From the NCBI GenBank assembly GCA_963820645.1, contig CAWGAS010000026.1, forward strand, positions 2,320 through 66,319: a stretch of DNA of 64,000 nt, in the 5' to 3' direction. The stretch is from an uncultured Acidobacteriota bacterium. GTDB lineage: Bacteria; Acidobacteriota; Vicinamibacteria; Vicinamibacterales; 2-12-FULL-66-21. This document shows positions 17,128 to 31,671 of this stretch, piece after piece; position 1 is the first letter of the stretch; every line of letters begins with the position of its first letter. The position numbers and the translations under genes were made by a program. The notes beneath the pieces were generated by a model. The model was not told the DNA's origin. It saw nothing but the letters and a program-made list of their open reading frames with translations, and did no database searches.

Positions 17128-17851
17128 CTACTTCGCGGGGAGGGCGAACTTGAAGTCCTGGGTCTTCTTATCCGGTGGCGCCAACCGTGACCGAGGCCGT
17201 CTGCGTCCCCAGCCTCTCGTGCCAGGCGGTAATCTCGTAGGTGCCGGCGTCGAGGCCGGAAAGCGTGAACTTCCCGTCCGCGCTCGTCACCGAGAAGAAA
17301 GGATGGGCGAAGACGCCGATGTAGGCAGTCATCCACGGGTGCACGTCGCACTTGATCTGGAAGACCGGCTCCGGCTTGTCGAACGTCGTGGTCGTCTCCT
17401 TGAGCGACGGCGGCATCGGCTTGTTGAACTGCCGGTTGACCTTGGGGAGGGAGTGGACGTTGTGGAGGATGCCGTCGGAGTTCAGGATCTTGTAGGACTG
17501 ACCGACCATGATCCCCTGCGCGTGCGGCACGTACTGACAGCCCTTCTGATCGAGAACCACCGGAGTCGCGGGAGCGGGGTAGGTCTTCCCGGCCGGAAGC
17601 CCCTTCGAGACCCAGACAATGATGTTCCCCATCGTGTTGCCGCTGCCGAGGACCAGCGCCTCGCCCGGCACGGGTGTCGAGTGCTTCTTGGCGCACGCGG
17701 GGTCGGCGTCCATGGCGAGCGGCTTGATGTTCGGGGCTTTCCCGGTGAAGGTGACGGTTCCGGTGACGGACGAGGCGGCGGACGCGATGCCCGGCCACAT
17801 CACCGCAACCAGCCCCGCCGCCAGCCACAACTTGTTCACTGTCCTACGCAT
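17128..17851 (-). CDS. Secreted cupredoxin-like / carboxypeptidase-regulatory-like protein with type-1 Cu motif (probable indel near 17170; ORF-track stop at 17168)
   Basis: AAGGAG RBS; signal peptide; LHNVH..KCDVHPWM; YEITAWHE; alternative frame ends DKKTQDFKFALPAK*. Confidence 0.8.
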
Positions 17852-17931
17852 GCTCGGCTCCTTGGTCATCGCAAAGCGCAAAAATCCTACAGTGGGCCGA
17901 CTGTACACCGCGGCCCGCCGTCCGTGCAACC

Positions 17932-19149
17932 CTACATGTTCTCGAAGGCCAGCGATTCGGCAAGCCTCGGGTCGCGCAGTGGAACGAGCGCCTGCCGCCG
18001 CATCAGCCAGCTCACGGCCGCCACGAAGCATCCGCCGACGGTCACGAGCGCGGCGACGTCCAGGACCGACGGACGGAATCCTTCGGGATGGAGCGTCGGC
18101 ATGACTTGCCAGTAGAGATCCACGAAGTGCATGGTGAGGATCCACGCTCCTCCGACCGCCAGGGTCGTGCCGTTCCGCTTGACGGTCCTGCCCCATCAGG
18201 TAGAAGAACGGCGCCACGAAATGTCCCGCCATGAGGAAGAGCGAGACCTGCAGCCAGGACCCTTCCATCCGCGTCTTGAACCAGATCGTCTCCTCCGGGA
18301 GGTTCCCGTACCACATGAGGAAGAACTGCGAGAAGGCGATATAGGCCCAGAACGCCGTGAACGCGAACAGGAACTTGCCGACATCGTGCAGGTGCTCGGG
18401 GGTGACGACCGTGTCCAGCAGCCCCGCCCCGCGCATCGCCACCACGACGACCGAGAGCAGCGCGATGAACCCCACGAAGGAACCCGCGAAGAAATAGACG
18501 CCGAACATGGTCGAGTACCAATGAGGCGTGAGCGACATGATCCAGTCGAACGAGGCGAAGGTCTGGGTCAGCGCGAGGACGATGATGGAGGGCCCGGCGA
18601 GGCGGCGCAGCCGGGCCGACACCCCGGGATCGCCCGTCGCGTCCTGACTGCGCGAGCCGCGGTAGTAGAGAAGGGCGATGAAGGACCAGCTGCCGAAGAA
18701 GACCGCCGCCCGGATCAGGAAGAACGGCACGTTGAGGTAAGGCGCCTTCCACTGAAGCAGGGCATCGTGCTCGGCCGCACCGGGGACGGTCCACGAGTAC
18801 AGATCGCGCAGGCCGAGGAGCAGCGGCAGGAAGAGCGCCGCCATCACTGGAAGCGTGACGAAGATCGTCTCCCCGATCCGTCGCAGCACGATCCCCCATC
18901 CGCCCTGGGACGCGTACTGGATCAGCACGAAAAAGAGCCCGCCGAGGGCCAGGCTCAGAAAGAACAGGAACGACACGAGCCACGAGAAGAAGAATTGCTT
19001 CGGATTCGCCGCCCCGAGAATCGCGCAGCGCGACCGCCCCCACCAGCGCGACGGACGGCGGCAATGACCGGCATGCGGTTCCACGGGTGCCCCGGCGGGA
19101 TCGTGACCTGCTCGGAGCGCAGCGCGGCGCGATCGTGGTCGTGGGTCAT
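17932..19149 (-). CDS. actF: Alternative Complex III subunit ActF, copy 1 (frameshifts near 19040 and 18190)
   Basis: WKAPYLNVPFFLIR, FDWIMSLTPHWYSTMFG, HDVGKFLFAF..FSQFFLMWYGNLPEE. Confidence 0.9.
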
Positions 19150-19740
19150 TCAGGACTCCAGGAGCTCGACGCTTCGGGCGCCCAGGGACTCCAGCAGCTT
19201 CCTGGTGGCCGACGGATCGAACCGGGGATCCCACGATTCGATCGAGATGAAGAAGGCGTCGTCGGTCACCCGCTCGAAGACCTTGGATTGGAAGAGCGGA
19301 TGATGGTGCATCGGCAACCGGTTCAGGCCGAACATGCCGAAGACGGCGCCGAGCGCGCCGAAGAGGACCGCGAGCTCGAAGGTGACCGGAATGAACGCGG
19401 GCCAGGTGAAGAACGGCTTGCCGCTAATCACGAGCGGGTAGGCGGTGGTGTGGACCCACCACTGCAGGCCGAACCCGGCCGCGGCCCCCATCAGTCCCAT
19501 GACGAGCACGATCCAGGGAAGCTGGGAGCGCCGGAGCCCCATCGCTTTCGGGAGGCCGTGGACGGGGAACGGGGTGTGGGCGTCCCACCGGGTGAAGCCC
19601 GCGTCGCGCACGCGCTCGCACGCGTGATAGAGGTTCGCCGGCGTCGCGAACTCGCCGAGGACGCCGTAGTACGGCCCGGCCGGGAGCCGCGGGACGAGCG
19701 GCAGCTGGAAGCTCCATCGTGACCCCGCCTTCGCGCCCAC
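19150..19740 (-). CDS. actD: ACIII subunit ActD (DUF3341), copy 1; start unclear, possibly fused to ActC
   Basis: [42 protein letters not shown]. Confidence 0.85.
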   Translation of the reverse strand: MGAKAGSRWSFQLPLVPRLPAGPYYGVLGEFATPANLYHACERVRDAGFTRWDAHTPFPVHGLPKAMGLRRSQLPWIVLVMGLMGAAAGFGLQWWVHTTAYPLVISGKPFFTWPAFIPVTFELAVLFGALGAVFGMFGLNRLPMHHHPLFQSKVFERVTDDAFFISIESWDPRFDPSATRKLLESLGARSVELLES

Positions 19741-19766
19741 CTCCGCGCCGCCGATCACAGCCGGCG

Positions 19767-21192
19767 CTACGGTGGGCAAGCTCGGGCCGGGGTGCCGTGT
19801 TCGTCGCCGGCGCCGTAATGCGGATCGGCCTGCGGCAGGACGGTCTTGACCTCGGCGGTGGCCACCATCGGAAGGAAGCGCACGAACAGGCAGAACATCG
19901 TGAAGAAGAGCCCGAAGCTTCCGAGCAGGCACAGCACGTCCCACAGCGTGGGAGAGAAGTAGCCCCAGGACGAGGGAAGGAAGTCGCGGTGCAGCGACGT
20001 CACGATGATCACGAACCGCTCGAACCACATGCCGATGTTGATGACGATCGACACGACGAACAGGATCGGGATGCTCGTGCGCGCTTTCTTGAACCAGAAG
20101 ATCTGGGGGCTGATCACGTTGCAGCTGACCATGATCCAGTACGGCCCAGGCGTACGGTCCGCCCGCGCGGTTCAGGAACGTGAAGAGCTCGTAGGGGTTC
20201 CCGCTGTACCACGCGGTGAAGAACTCCGTGGCATAGGCGTAGCCGACCATCGTCCCCGTCACGAGCATGATCTTCGCCATGTAGTCGAAGTGCCGGAGGG
20301 TGACGATGTGCTCGAGGCGGAACGCCTTGCGGCAGATCACCATGAGCGTCAGCACCATCGCGAACCCGGAGAAGATCGCGCCCGCGACGAAGTAGGGCGG
20401 GAAGACCGTCGTGTGCCATCCAGGCAGGAGCGAGACCGCGAAATCCATCGAGACGATCGAGTGAACCGAGAGGACCAGCGGCGTCGCGAGGGCGGCGAGA
20501 ACGAGGTAGGCGGTCTCGTAGTGATGCCACTGCCGCACCGAGCCCCGCCATCCGAGGGCGAGGGCACCGTAGACGACCTGCCGGGTGCGGGTTTTCGCGC
20601 GATCGCGAATCGTCGCCAGGTCCGGGATCAGGCCGACGTACCAGAACAGGAACGAGACGGTTCCGTAGATGCTGACCGCGAAGACGTCCCAGAGGAGTGG
20701 GCTCCTGAAGTTGGGCCACATGTCCATCTGGTTCGGGAGCGGGAACATCCAGTAGGCGACCCAGACGCGTCCCACGTGGATCCCCGGGAACGTCATCGCG
20801 CACATGACCGCGAAGATGGTCATCGCCTCCGCCGAGCGGTTGATCGAGGTGCGCCATGTCTGGCGGAAGAGAAAGAGGATCGCCGAGATGAGCGTCCCGG
20901 CGTGGCCTATCCCGACCCAGAACACGAAGTTCGTGATGTCCCACGCCCAGCCGACGGGGACGTTGAGGCCCCAGATGCCGATCCCCTCCCAGAAAAGCCA
21001 GGAGACCGCGATGCCGAGAAGGCTGAGGAGCGCGAGGGAAGGGATGAAGAAGAGCCACCAGCCGATTGGCGTCGGCCGCTCGACCGGCTCGGCGACGACG
21101 TCGGTGATGGAATGGAAATCCGGCGAACGCAGGATCAGCGTCGGACGGCCCGCGACAGGGTTGTCTAGCAGCTCTGCTTCCGTCTGGGCCAA
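19767..21192 (-). CDS. actC: ACIII subunit ActC (NrfD family), copy 1 (frameshift near 20150)
   Basis: [48 protein letters not shown]. Confidence 0.92.
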
Positions 21193-21291
21193 GCCGTTTT
21201 CCCCGCTCCGACTGTTGAAAGTTGCTGTTTGTTATCATCTTGCATCGCCGGGAGTCAAGCCTAGAACCGCGCGCGGTATGATTCGGCGCGC

Positions 21292-22603
21292 GTGATCGGG
21301 CTCCGTCCATCCCTCACCCCCCTCAACGCGATCGCGATGGTCGCCGGCACGATCATCGGCGCGTCGATCTTCGTGCAGCCGTCGGAGATCGCCCGTCACC
21401 TCGACACGCCTGGCCAGATCATGCTCGTCTGGGTCGGTGTGCGGCGTGCTGACGCTGTTCGGCGCTTTCGTCTGCGCGGAGCTGGCGTCCGCATTCCCGC
21501 AGACCGGCGGTGTGTATGTGTTCCTGCGCGACTCGTTCTCGCCGCTCGCGGGGTTCCTGTGGGGCTGGGCGATGTTCTGGAGCATGCACTCCGGGATCGT
21601 CGCGGCCATTGCGGTCGTGTTCGCGCGGTACTTCGCCTTCTTCGTGCCGATCGGCGGCACGGGCGTCCGCGTAGTGGCGGTGGTCGTGATTCTCGCGCTG
21701 TCGGCGCTGAACTACGCCGGCGTACGCGCGGGCGGCCGCGTCCAGACGGCGCTCACCGGCGCGAAGCTTGCCGCCATTGCGGTTGTCGTCGTGGTCGGCG
21801 TCACCGCGTCAAATGGCGGGACCAGCGGGGCGCTGGCCGGTGCGGCGCTGCCGGTGGCCCGGGAAGGCGCGTCGGTCCACGATTTCCTGCTGGCCATGGT
21901 CGCCGGACTCTTCGCCTACGGCGGATGGCACATGGTCACCTACACGGCTGGAGAGACGCGGATGCCGGCGCGGACGATCCCTGTCGCGCTCCTCGCCGGC
22001 GTCGGGATCGTCACCGTCTCGTACGTCGCGCTCAATCTCGTGTACCTGCGCATTCTTCCGCTCGACGCGCTGCGATCGTCGACGCGCGTTGCCGCCGATG
22101 CCGCGGACGCCGTGCTCGGCCGCGGCGGATCGGCTGTCCTCGCCGCGCTGGTGATGGTGTCGTCGATCGGCGGGCTGACCGGCATCGTGCTGACCGGGCC
22201 GCGCGTGTACTACTCGATGGCCCAGGACGGTCTCGCCCCGCGATGGCTCGGCTACGTCCACCCGGTTCATCAGACGCCGTCGCACGCCATCATCGCGCAG
22301 GCGGTCTGGTCCAGCGTCCTGGCCGCGACCGGCGCCTATCGCGAGCTCTTCACCCGCGTGATCTACACGGAGTGGCTGTTCTTCGCGTTGATGGCCGCGG
22401 GCCTGTTCGTGCTCAGGCGCCGGCCGGACTACAACCCGTCGTACCGCACGTGGGGCTATCCGGCGGTCCCGCTGATCTTCATCGTCGCGTCGCTCGCCAT
22501 CGTGATCAACCAGTTCATCAGCACCCCGGCCGAAGCGGCCATCGGGCTCGGGCTGGTCGCGGCTGGAGCACCGATCTACTATCTGCGGCATGCGTATCGT
22601 TGA
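21292..22603 (+). CDS. APC-family amino acid permease (frameshift near 21438)
   Basis: GTIIGASIF, AELASAFPQTGGVY, FAYGGW, PRVYYSMA, YRTWGYP. Confidence 0.9.
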
Positions 22604-23570
22604 TTTTCACAATCACTACTACCCGCCGGTCTACGTCGAGGCGCTGCTGAGCTCGACGTCGGTCGTCAAGGTCACCTACGACGAGCAGGCGAACCCCTGC
22701 GTCCACTATCCGGGGGACTACAACGTTCTCGTGCCCGGCCATCGCGACATCGAGTACCGCCGGATCGTGCTCGACGAGCACCACGTCGACACCCAGGTGC
22801 TGTCGTTCACGACGCCGGGCGTTCACGTCGAGCCGCCGGCCGAGGCGGCGCGCCTGGCGACCCAGATCAACGACGCCTTCGCGCGCGTCTGCCGGCACAG
22901 CAAGGGCCGGTTCGCCGCGCTCGCGACGCTGCCGCTCAACGACCCCGCCGCCTCGGTCCGGGAGCTGCAGCGCGCGATGCAGGAGCTCGGCCTCCCGGGC
23001 GCGATGGTCTTCAGCAACGTCAATCACGTGGCGCTCGCCGACCCGCGGTTCGCGCCGCTCTGGAAGAAGGCCGACGAGCTCGGTGCGGTGATTTACATCC
23101 ATCCGACCGACCCGCTGGGCGTCGAGGCCATGCTGGAGTACTGGCTGATGCCGCTCGTCGGCTTCCTCATGGACACGACGCTTGCGACGTCGAAGCTGGT
23201 CTTCAGCGGCGTGATCGAACGCCACCCCGGGATCCGCTGGGTGCTGACGCACATGGGCGGCGCGATCCCGTACCTGGCGGAGCGGCTGGATCGGGGCTAC
23301 CGCGCGTTCGCCGACTGCCGCCGGCACATCAACCGTCCGCCGAGCGAGTACCTGAAGACGCTGTACTACGACACGGTCAACTTCAACCCGGACGCGGTGA
23401 AGTTCGCGGTGAGCTTCGCCGGCGCGGATCGCATCCTGGCAGGCAGCGACTATCCCCACCAGATCGGCAGCATCCCGCTGATGATCGACACCATTCAGGC
23501 GCTCGACGTGGGCGACGACGTGAAGAGGAAGATCTACGGGGAGAACGCGGTGCGGTTGCTGGGGATGTGA
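22590..23570 (+). CDS. Amidohydrolase_2 family (ACMSD-like decarboxylase)
   Basis: DFHNH, IHP, HMGGAIP, LYYDT, GSDYPH. Confidence 0.88.
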   Translation: MRIVDFHNHYYPPVYVEALLSSTSVVKVTYDEQANPCVHYPGDYNVLVPGHRDIEYRRIVLDEHHVDTQVLSFTTPGVHVEPPAEAARLATQINDAFARVCRHSKGRFAALATLPLNDPAASVRELQRAMQELGLPGAMVFSNVNHVALADPRFAPLWKKADELGAVIYIHPTDPLGVEAMLEYWLMPLVGFLMDTTLATSKLVFSGVIERHPGIRWVLTHMGGAIPYLAERLDRGYRAFADCRRHINRPPSEYLKTLYYDTVNFNPDAVKFAVSFAGADRILAGSDYPHQIGSIPLMIDTIQALDVGDDVKRKIYGENAVRLLGM

Positions 23571-23752
23571 ATTCAGGGTTCCACAGGGTTCCGCTGGGTT
23601 CCACTAGGTTCCGCAAGGTTCTGTTCCGCCGGGTTCTACAGGGTTCAGGGTTCTAGGTTCAGCGACTCCGCGGCAGAACCCCGTGGAACCGAACCCCGTG
23701 GAACAGAACCTAGCGGAACCCTGTAGAACCCAGCGGAACCCCGTGGAACCCC
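23570..23752. repeat. Decamer-based inverted repeat (GGGTTCCNNN)n/(GAACCCNNNG)n between convergent genes; related one-arm array at 47786-47884
   Basis: gggttccaca gggttccgct gggttccact aggttccgca ... gaaccccgtg gaacctagcg gaaccctgta gaacccagcg. Confidence 0.85.
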
Positions 23753-25063
23753 TTATTTCGCCTTCACCCACCGCAACATCTCCGCCATCGTGGCCGACTT
23801 CCCCTGCATCAGCAGTCCCGTCCGGAAGATCTTGCCCGCGGCCCAGATGGCGAGGACGACGGTGCCGGCCATGAGCGCGATCGAGAGCGCGATCTGCCAC
23901 GCCGGCGGGCCGGGCCGCAGCGAGATGCGCAGCATCATCAGAAACGGCGCCGCGGTCGGGATGAGCGACAGCACCGCCGCGGTCATGCCGTCCGGCGCGC
24001 GGAGCACGGACATCCACGTGAACATCGGCAGCATGACGAGCACCATCGCCGGCGTCGCCATGCTCTGCGTGTCCTTGAGATCGTTGCACGCCGCGCCGAT
24101 GGCGATGAAGATCGAGCCGAAGATCAGCCCGGCCATCACGAGGAACAACGTGAACCAGGCGAGCGCGCCCGGCGTCACGGCGCTCGCGTAGCCGCCCCAG
24201 TACTGCGCGACGACGAGTCCGCCGGCGATGTAGATGGCGGCCAGCAGCACCGAGACGCCGACGCTGCCGATCAGCTTCCCCATCATCAGCTGGAACGGCG
24301 TGATCGCGCCGATCAGGACCTCGCTGATGCGGCTCATCTTCTCCTCGATGACGCTGTTGAGGAGCTGCGGCGCGCTCGACATCACGGTGATGTACATCAG
24401 GACGAGCATCGCCAGCGGCACGCCCTGGGCGCGGACCTGGTCGACTGCCTCGGCCTGCTTCACGGTCCCTGCCGCGTCGCGCTCGAACAGGCCGAGGTTC
24501 TCGACCGGCGCCTGCCGCGTGAGCCGCGCCACGAGCGCGCGATCGATCGAGGCCCGCCGGAACCGCTCGTTCAGGACGAGCCCGTTCACGGTCACCCGCA
24601 GCCACATCGACAGCGCGTTGTAGGACGGGTGATCGGAGTAGTAGCGGATCTGCGCCTTGCCGGCGGGATCCAGGAGGTTCTCGGGGATCTCGACGAACGC
24701 GAACAGCTCCTCGCGGCGGACGCGATCGGAGAGCTCCAGGCGCAGGGCTTCGGGCGGCCGGCCGTCCGGCTTGACTTCGACCGGGATGAAGCGCGGCGTG
24801 GTCCGCAGCGCCTGTGGATCGGCGAGATCGCCGGAGCCCGCGTTCAGGACCTGGGCCACGGCGACGAGCGGCTCGCCGAGGACGCCCGTGTAGTCGACGA
24901 ACGCGAACGTCCGATCCTTGCCGTCGGTCGCGTTCTTCGTCGCGCGCATGAGCACCACCGACAGCACCATGATCACCGGCATCAGCACGATGCTGACCAT
25001 GAAGGCCTTGCTGCGGACGAGCGTGGCGAATTCCGACTGGGCGACGATCAGGATCTTGTGCAT
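23753..25063 (-). CDS. ABC-2 type permease (NatB-like)
   Basis: SVIEEKMSRISEVL, MGKLIG, six-TM layout with a large external loop. Confidence 0.88.
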   Translation of the reverse strand: MHKILIVAQSEFATLVRSKAFMVSIVLMPVIMVLSVVLMRATKNATDGKDRTFAFVDYTGVLGEPLVAVAQVLNAGSGDLADPQALRTTPRFIPVEVKPDGRPPEALRLELSDRVRREELFAFVEIPENLLDPAGKAQIRYYSDHPSYNALSMWLRVTVNGLVLNERFRRASIDRALVARLTRQAPVENLGLFERDAAGTVKQAEAVDQVRAQGVPLAMLVLMYITVMSSAPQLLNSVIEEKMSRISEVLIGAITPFQLMMGKLIGSVGVSVLLAAIYIAGGLVVAQYWGGYASAVTPGALAWFTLFLVMAGLIFGSIFIAIGAACNDLKDTQSMATPAMVLVMLPMFTWMSVLRAPDGMTAAVLSLIPTAAPFLMMLRISLRPGPPAWQIALSIALMAGTVVLAIWAAGKIFRTGLLMQGKSATMAEMLRWVKAK

Positions 25064-25074
25064 GAATCCTCCAA

Positions 25075-25164
25075 GAATTCAGGAGACAGGAGGCAGGAGA
25101 CAGAGCGATGCGCGCTCGGCCTTCTCACTCCTGCCTCCTGAATTCTGTCTCCTGTCTCCTGTCC
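25075..25164. repeat. Heptamer inverted repeat (CAGGAGA)n/(TCTCCTG)n
   Basis: caggagacaggaggcaggagacag ... ctcctgcctcctgaattctgtctcctgtctcctg. Confidence 0.8.
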
Positions 25165-26055
25165 CTACGGCTTCGCGATCCGCACGAAGATATCCTGCAG
25201 CGACGGGCGCGTGATCTCGAAGTGATAGACCGCCGTGCGCGCGGCGAGGCGCGAGAGGAACGCCTGCGGATCCCCCTTGAGCCGGACTTCCTGGAGCTGG
25301 CCGAAGTCGTTGACCGACTCCACGTCCGGCATGCCGGCGAGCGCGGCGGCGCCGGCCGACGTGCGGATCCGGACGGTGTCGGCGCCGTACTGGTCCTGGA
25401 TGCTCTCGAGCGAGCCGTCGAGCACCTTCCGGCCGCGGAAGATCATGAAGATGCGATCGCACATGCGCTCGGCGGTCGCCATGTCGTGCGTGCTGAAGAC
25501 GACCGTGGCGCCGCGGCGCCGCATTTCGAGCACGGCGTCCTTCAGCACCTCGGCGTTGACCGGGTCGAGGCCGGAGAACGGCTCGTCCAGGATCAGCAGC
25601 GCCGGGTCCGACACGACCGCGGCGATGAACTGGACCTTCTGCGACATCCCCTTCGAGAGCGTCTCGATCTGCCGATCGAGCAGCCCCGGCAGCTCCATCC
25701 GCGCCATCCACTCGTCGATCGCCGCGTCGATGCGGCTGCGCGATCCGCCCTTGAGGCGGCCGTAGTAGCGCAGCAGCCGGCGGATCGTCATCTTCTTGTA
25801 GAGCCCGCGCTCCTCGGGCAGGTAGCTGACGCGATCGCGCGCCGCGGCGGTGTCGCTCGACCCGAGGACCTCGATCTGCCCTTCGTCGGGCAGCAGGATG
25901 TGCATGATCATCCTGAGCGTGGTCGTCTTGCCGGAGCCGTTCGGGCCGATGAAGCCGTAGATCGAGCCCGTGGGGACGGTGAGGGACAGATCGTCGACGG
26001 CGGCGATGCCGCCGAAGCGCTTGGTGACGTCGCGCAGGACGATGGCATCGTTCAT
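25165..26055 (-). CDS. ABC transporter ATP-binding protein (NatA-like)
   Basis: GPNGSGKTT, LSKGMSQK, ILDEPFSGLDP. Confidence 0.92.
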   Translation of the reverse strand: MNDAIVLRDVTKRFGGIAAVDDLSLTVPTGSIYGFIGPNGSGKTTTLRMIMHILLPDEGQIEVLGSSDTAAARDRVSYLPEERGLYKKMTIRRLLRYYGRLKGGSRSRIDAAIDEWMARMELPGLLDRQIETLSKGMSQKVQFIAAVVSDPALLILDEPFSGLDPVNAEVLKDAVLEMRRRGATVVFSTHDMATAERMCDRIFMIFRGRKVLDGSLESIQDQYGADTVRIRTSAGAAALAGMPDVESVNDFGQLQEVRLKGDPQAFLSRLAARTAVYHFEITRPSLQDIFVRIAKP

Positions 26056-26070
26056 GGTCGAAACGTCACT

Positions 26071-26226
26071 CCGTTCTCGGTTCTCAGTTCTCGGTTCGTC
26101 TCGGTTCTGCACAGTTCTGCGTTTCCGTTCCTCGTTCTATACCACGGCGCTGTGGACTCTACGCCGCCACTTCACGAAGAACGAAGAACCCGAAACGAAG
26201 AACCAAGAACCAAGAACCAAGAACCG
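26071..26226. repeat. Heptamer inverted repeat (GTTCTCG)n/(AAGAACC)n
   Basis: gttctcggttctcagttctcgg ... gaagaaccaagaaccaagaaccaagaacc. Confidence 0.8.
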
Positions 26227-26237
26227 TTTTGTCCCGT

Positions 26238-26266
26238 TTGACACTTTGTGAAAAGTTTCACATTAT
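26238..26266 (+). promoter_or_regulatory. Sigma70-like promoter of the act operon with overlapping Rex/CRP-type operator
   Basis: TTGACA (26238-43), 17-bp spacer, CATTAT (26261-66); palindrome TTGTGAA-AAGT-TTCACAT at 26246-26263. Confidence 0.75.
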
Positions 26267-26396
26267 GAGTGACGAGCGATGGACGGTCCCGGGGTCGGCG
26301 CCGGCCCGCCCGCCGGCCTGCACGGCGCCGCTGTCCGCTTCTGCAATACCCCGGTTTCGAGTAGGCTCTTGGGAACTTGGCGCGGACGTCGAGACG

Positions 26397-27057
26397 ATGA
26401 GTCAGATCTTCCATCGCTACTCGAACATCTACTCCCGGCTCAGCATCCTGGCGGCGGTAGGGTTCGTGGCCGTCCTCGGCGCCTCGGTCGGTCTGCTCCA
26501 TCTGTCCGGCTACAACACCGGCCAGAGCCAGTTCGTCGATCAGCCGGTCCAGTTCAGCCATGCCCACCACGTCGGCGGCATGGGGATCGACTGCCGCTAC
26601 TGCCATACGTCGGTCGAAGAGTCGGCGTTCGCCAATATCCCGCCGACCAAGACCTGCATGAACTGCCACTCGCAGATCTGGACCAACGCCCCGATCCTCG
26701 AGCCGGTCCGCGCCAGCTTCCGCGACAACAAGCCGCTGCGCTGGACGCGGGTCCACGATCTGCCGGATTTCGTGTATTTCAACCACAGCATCCACGTGAA
26801 GCAAGGGGTCGGCTGCGCCACGTGCCACGGGCCGGTCGACAAGATGCCGCTCATGTACCAGGAGAACCCCGCTCACGATGACCTGGTGCCTGGACTGCCA
26901 CCGCGATCCCGCGAAGTACATCCGCCCGCGCGATCAGGTCTTCAACATGGCCTAGGAGCGCCCGGCCGACGACCCGGACTTCGGCGAGCGTCTCGTCAAG
27001 GAATACAAGATCGCGAGCGTCGAACAGCTGACGAGCTGCTCGACATGCCATAGGTAA
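26397..27057 (+). CDS. actA: ACIII pentaheme cytochrome c ActA (frameshift near 26870; in-frame TAG at 26953)
   Basis: CRYCH, CMNCH, CATCH, CLDCH, CSTCH; QPVQFSHAHH; LPDFVYFNHSIH. Confidence 0.92.
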
Positions 27058-27140
27058 GCTACCAGCTTCCAGCTTCCAGCTGCCAGCTTGGAGCGTCAGG
27101 AAGCGGAGGCGTAGCGGGAAGCGGGAAGCTGGAAGCTGAA
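27056..27140. repeat. Heptamer inverted repeat (CCAGCTT)n/(GGAAGCT)n
   Basis: ccagcttccagcttccagctgccagctt ... gggaagcgggaagctggaagctg. Confidence 0.8.
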
Positions 27141-27146
27141 TTGAGC

Positions 27147-31660
<4,514 letters not shown>

Positions 31661-31671
31661 GCGCGTGAGCC

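Noticed and set aside
15413-18115. Long antisense ORFs opposite cox/act and other genes
   Set aside because: Shadow ORFs typical of high-GC coding DNA; Arg/Gly/Pro-rich with no recognisable motifs.
14751-19234. Apparent giant fusions in the ORF track (14751-17828, 17168-19234; also 28525-31668, 32210-34081, 61611-63650)
   Set aside because: Stop-poor high-GC frames and indels join unrelated genes; each real gene has its own start and motif set.
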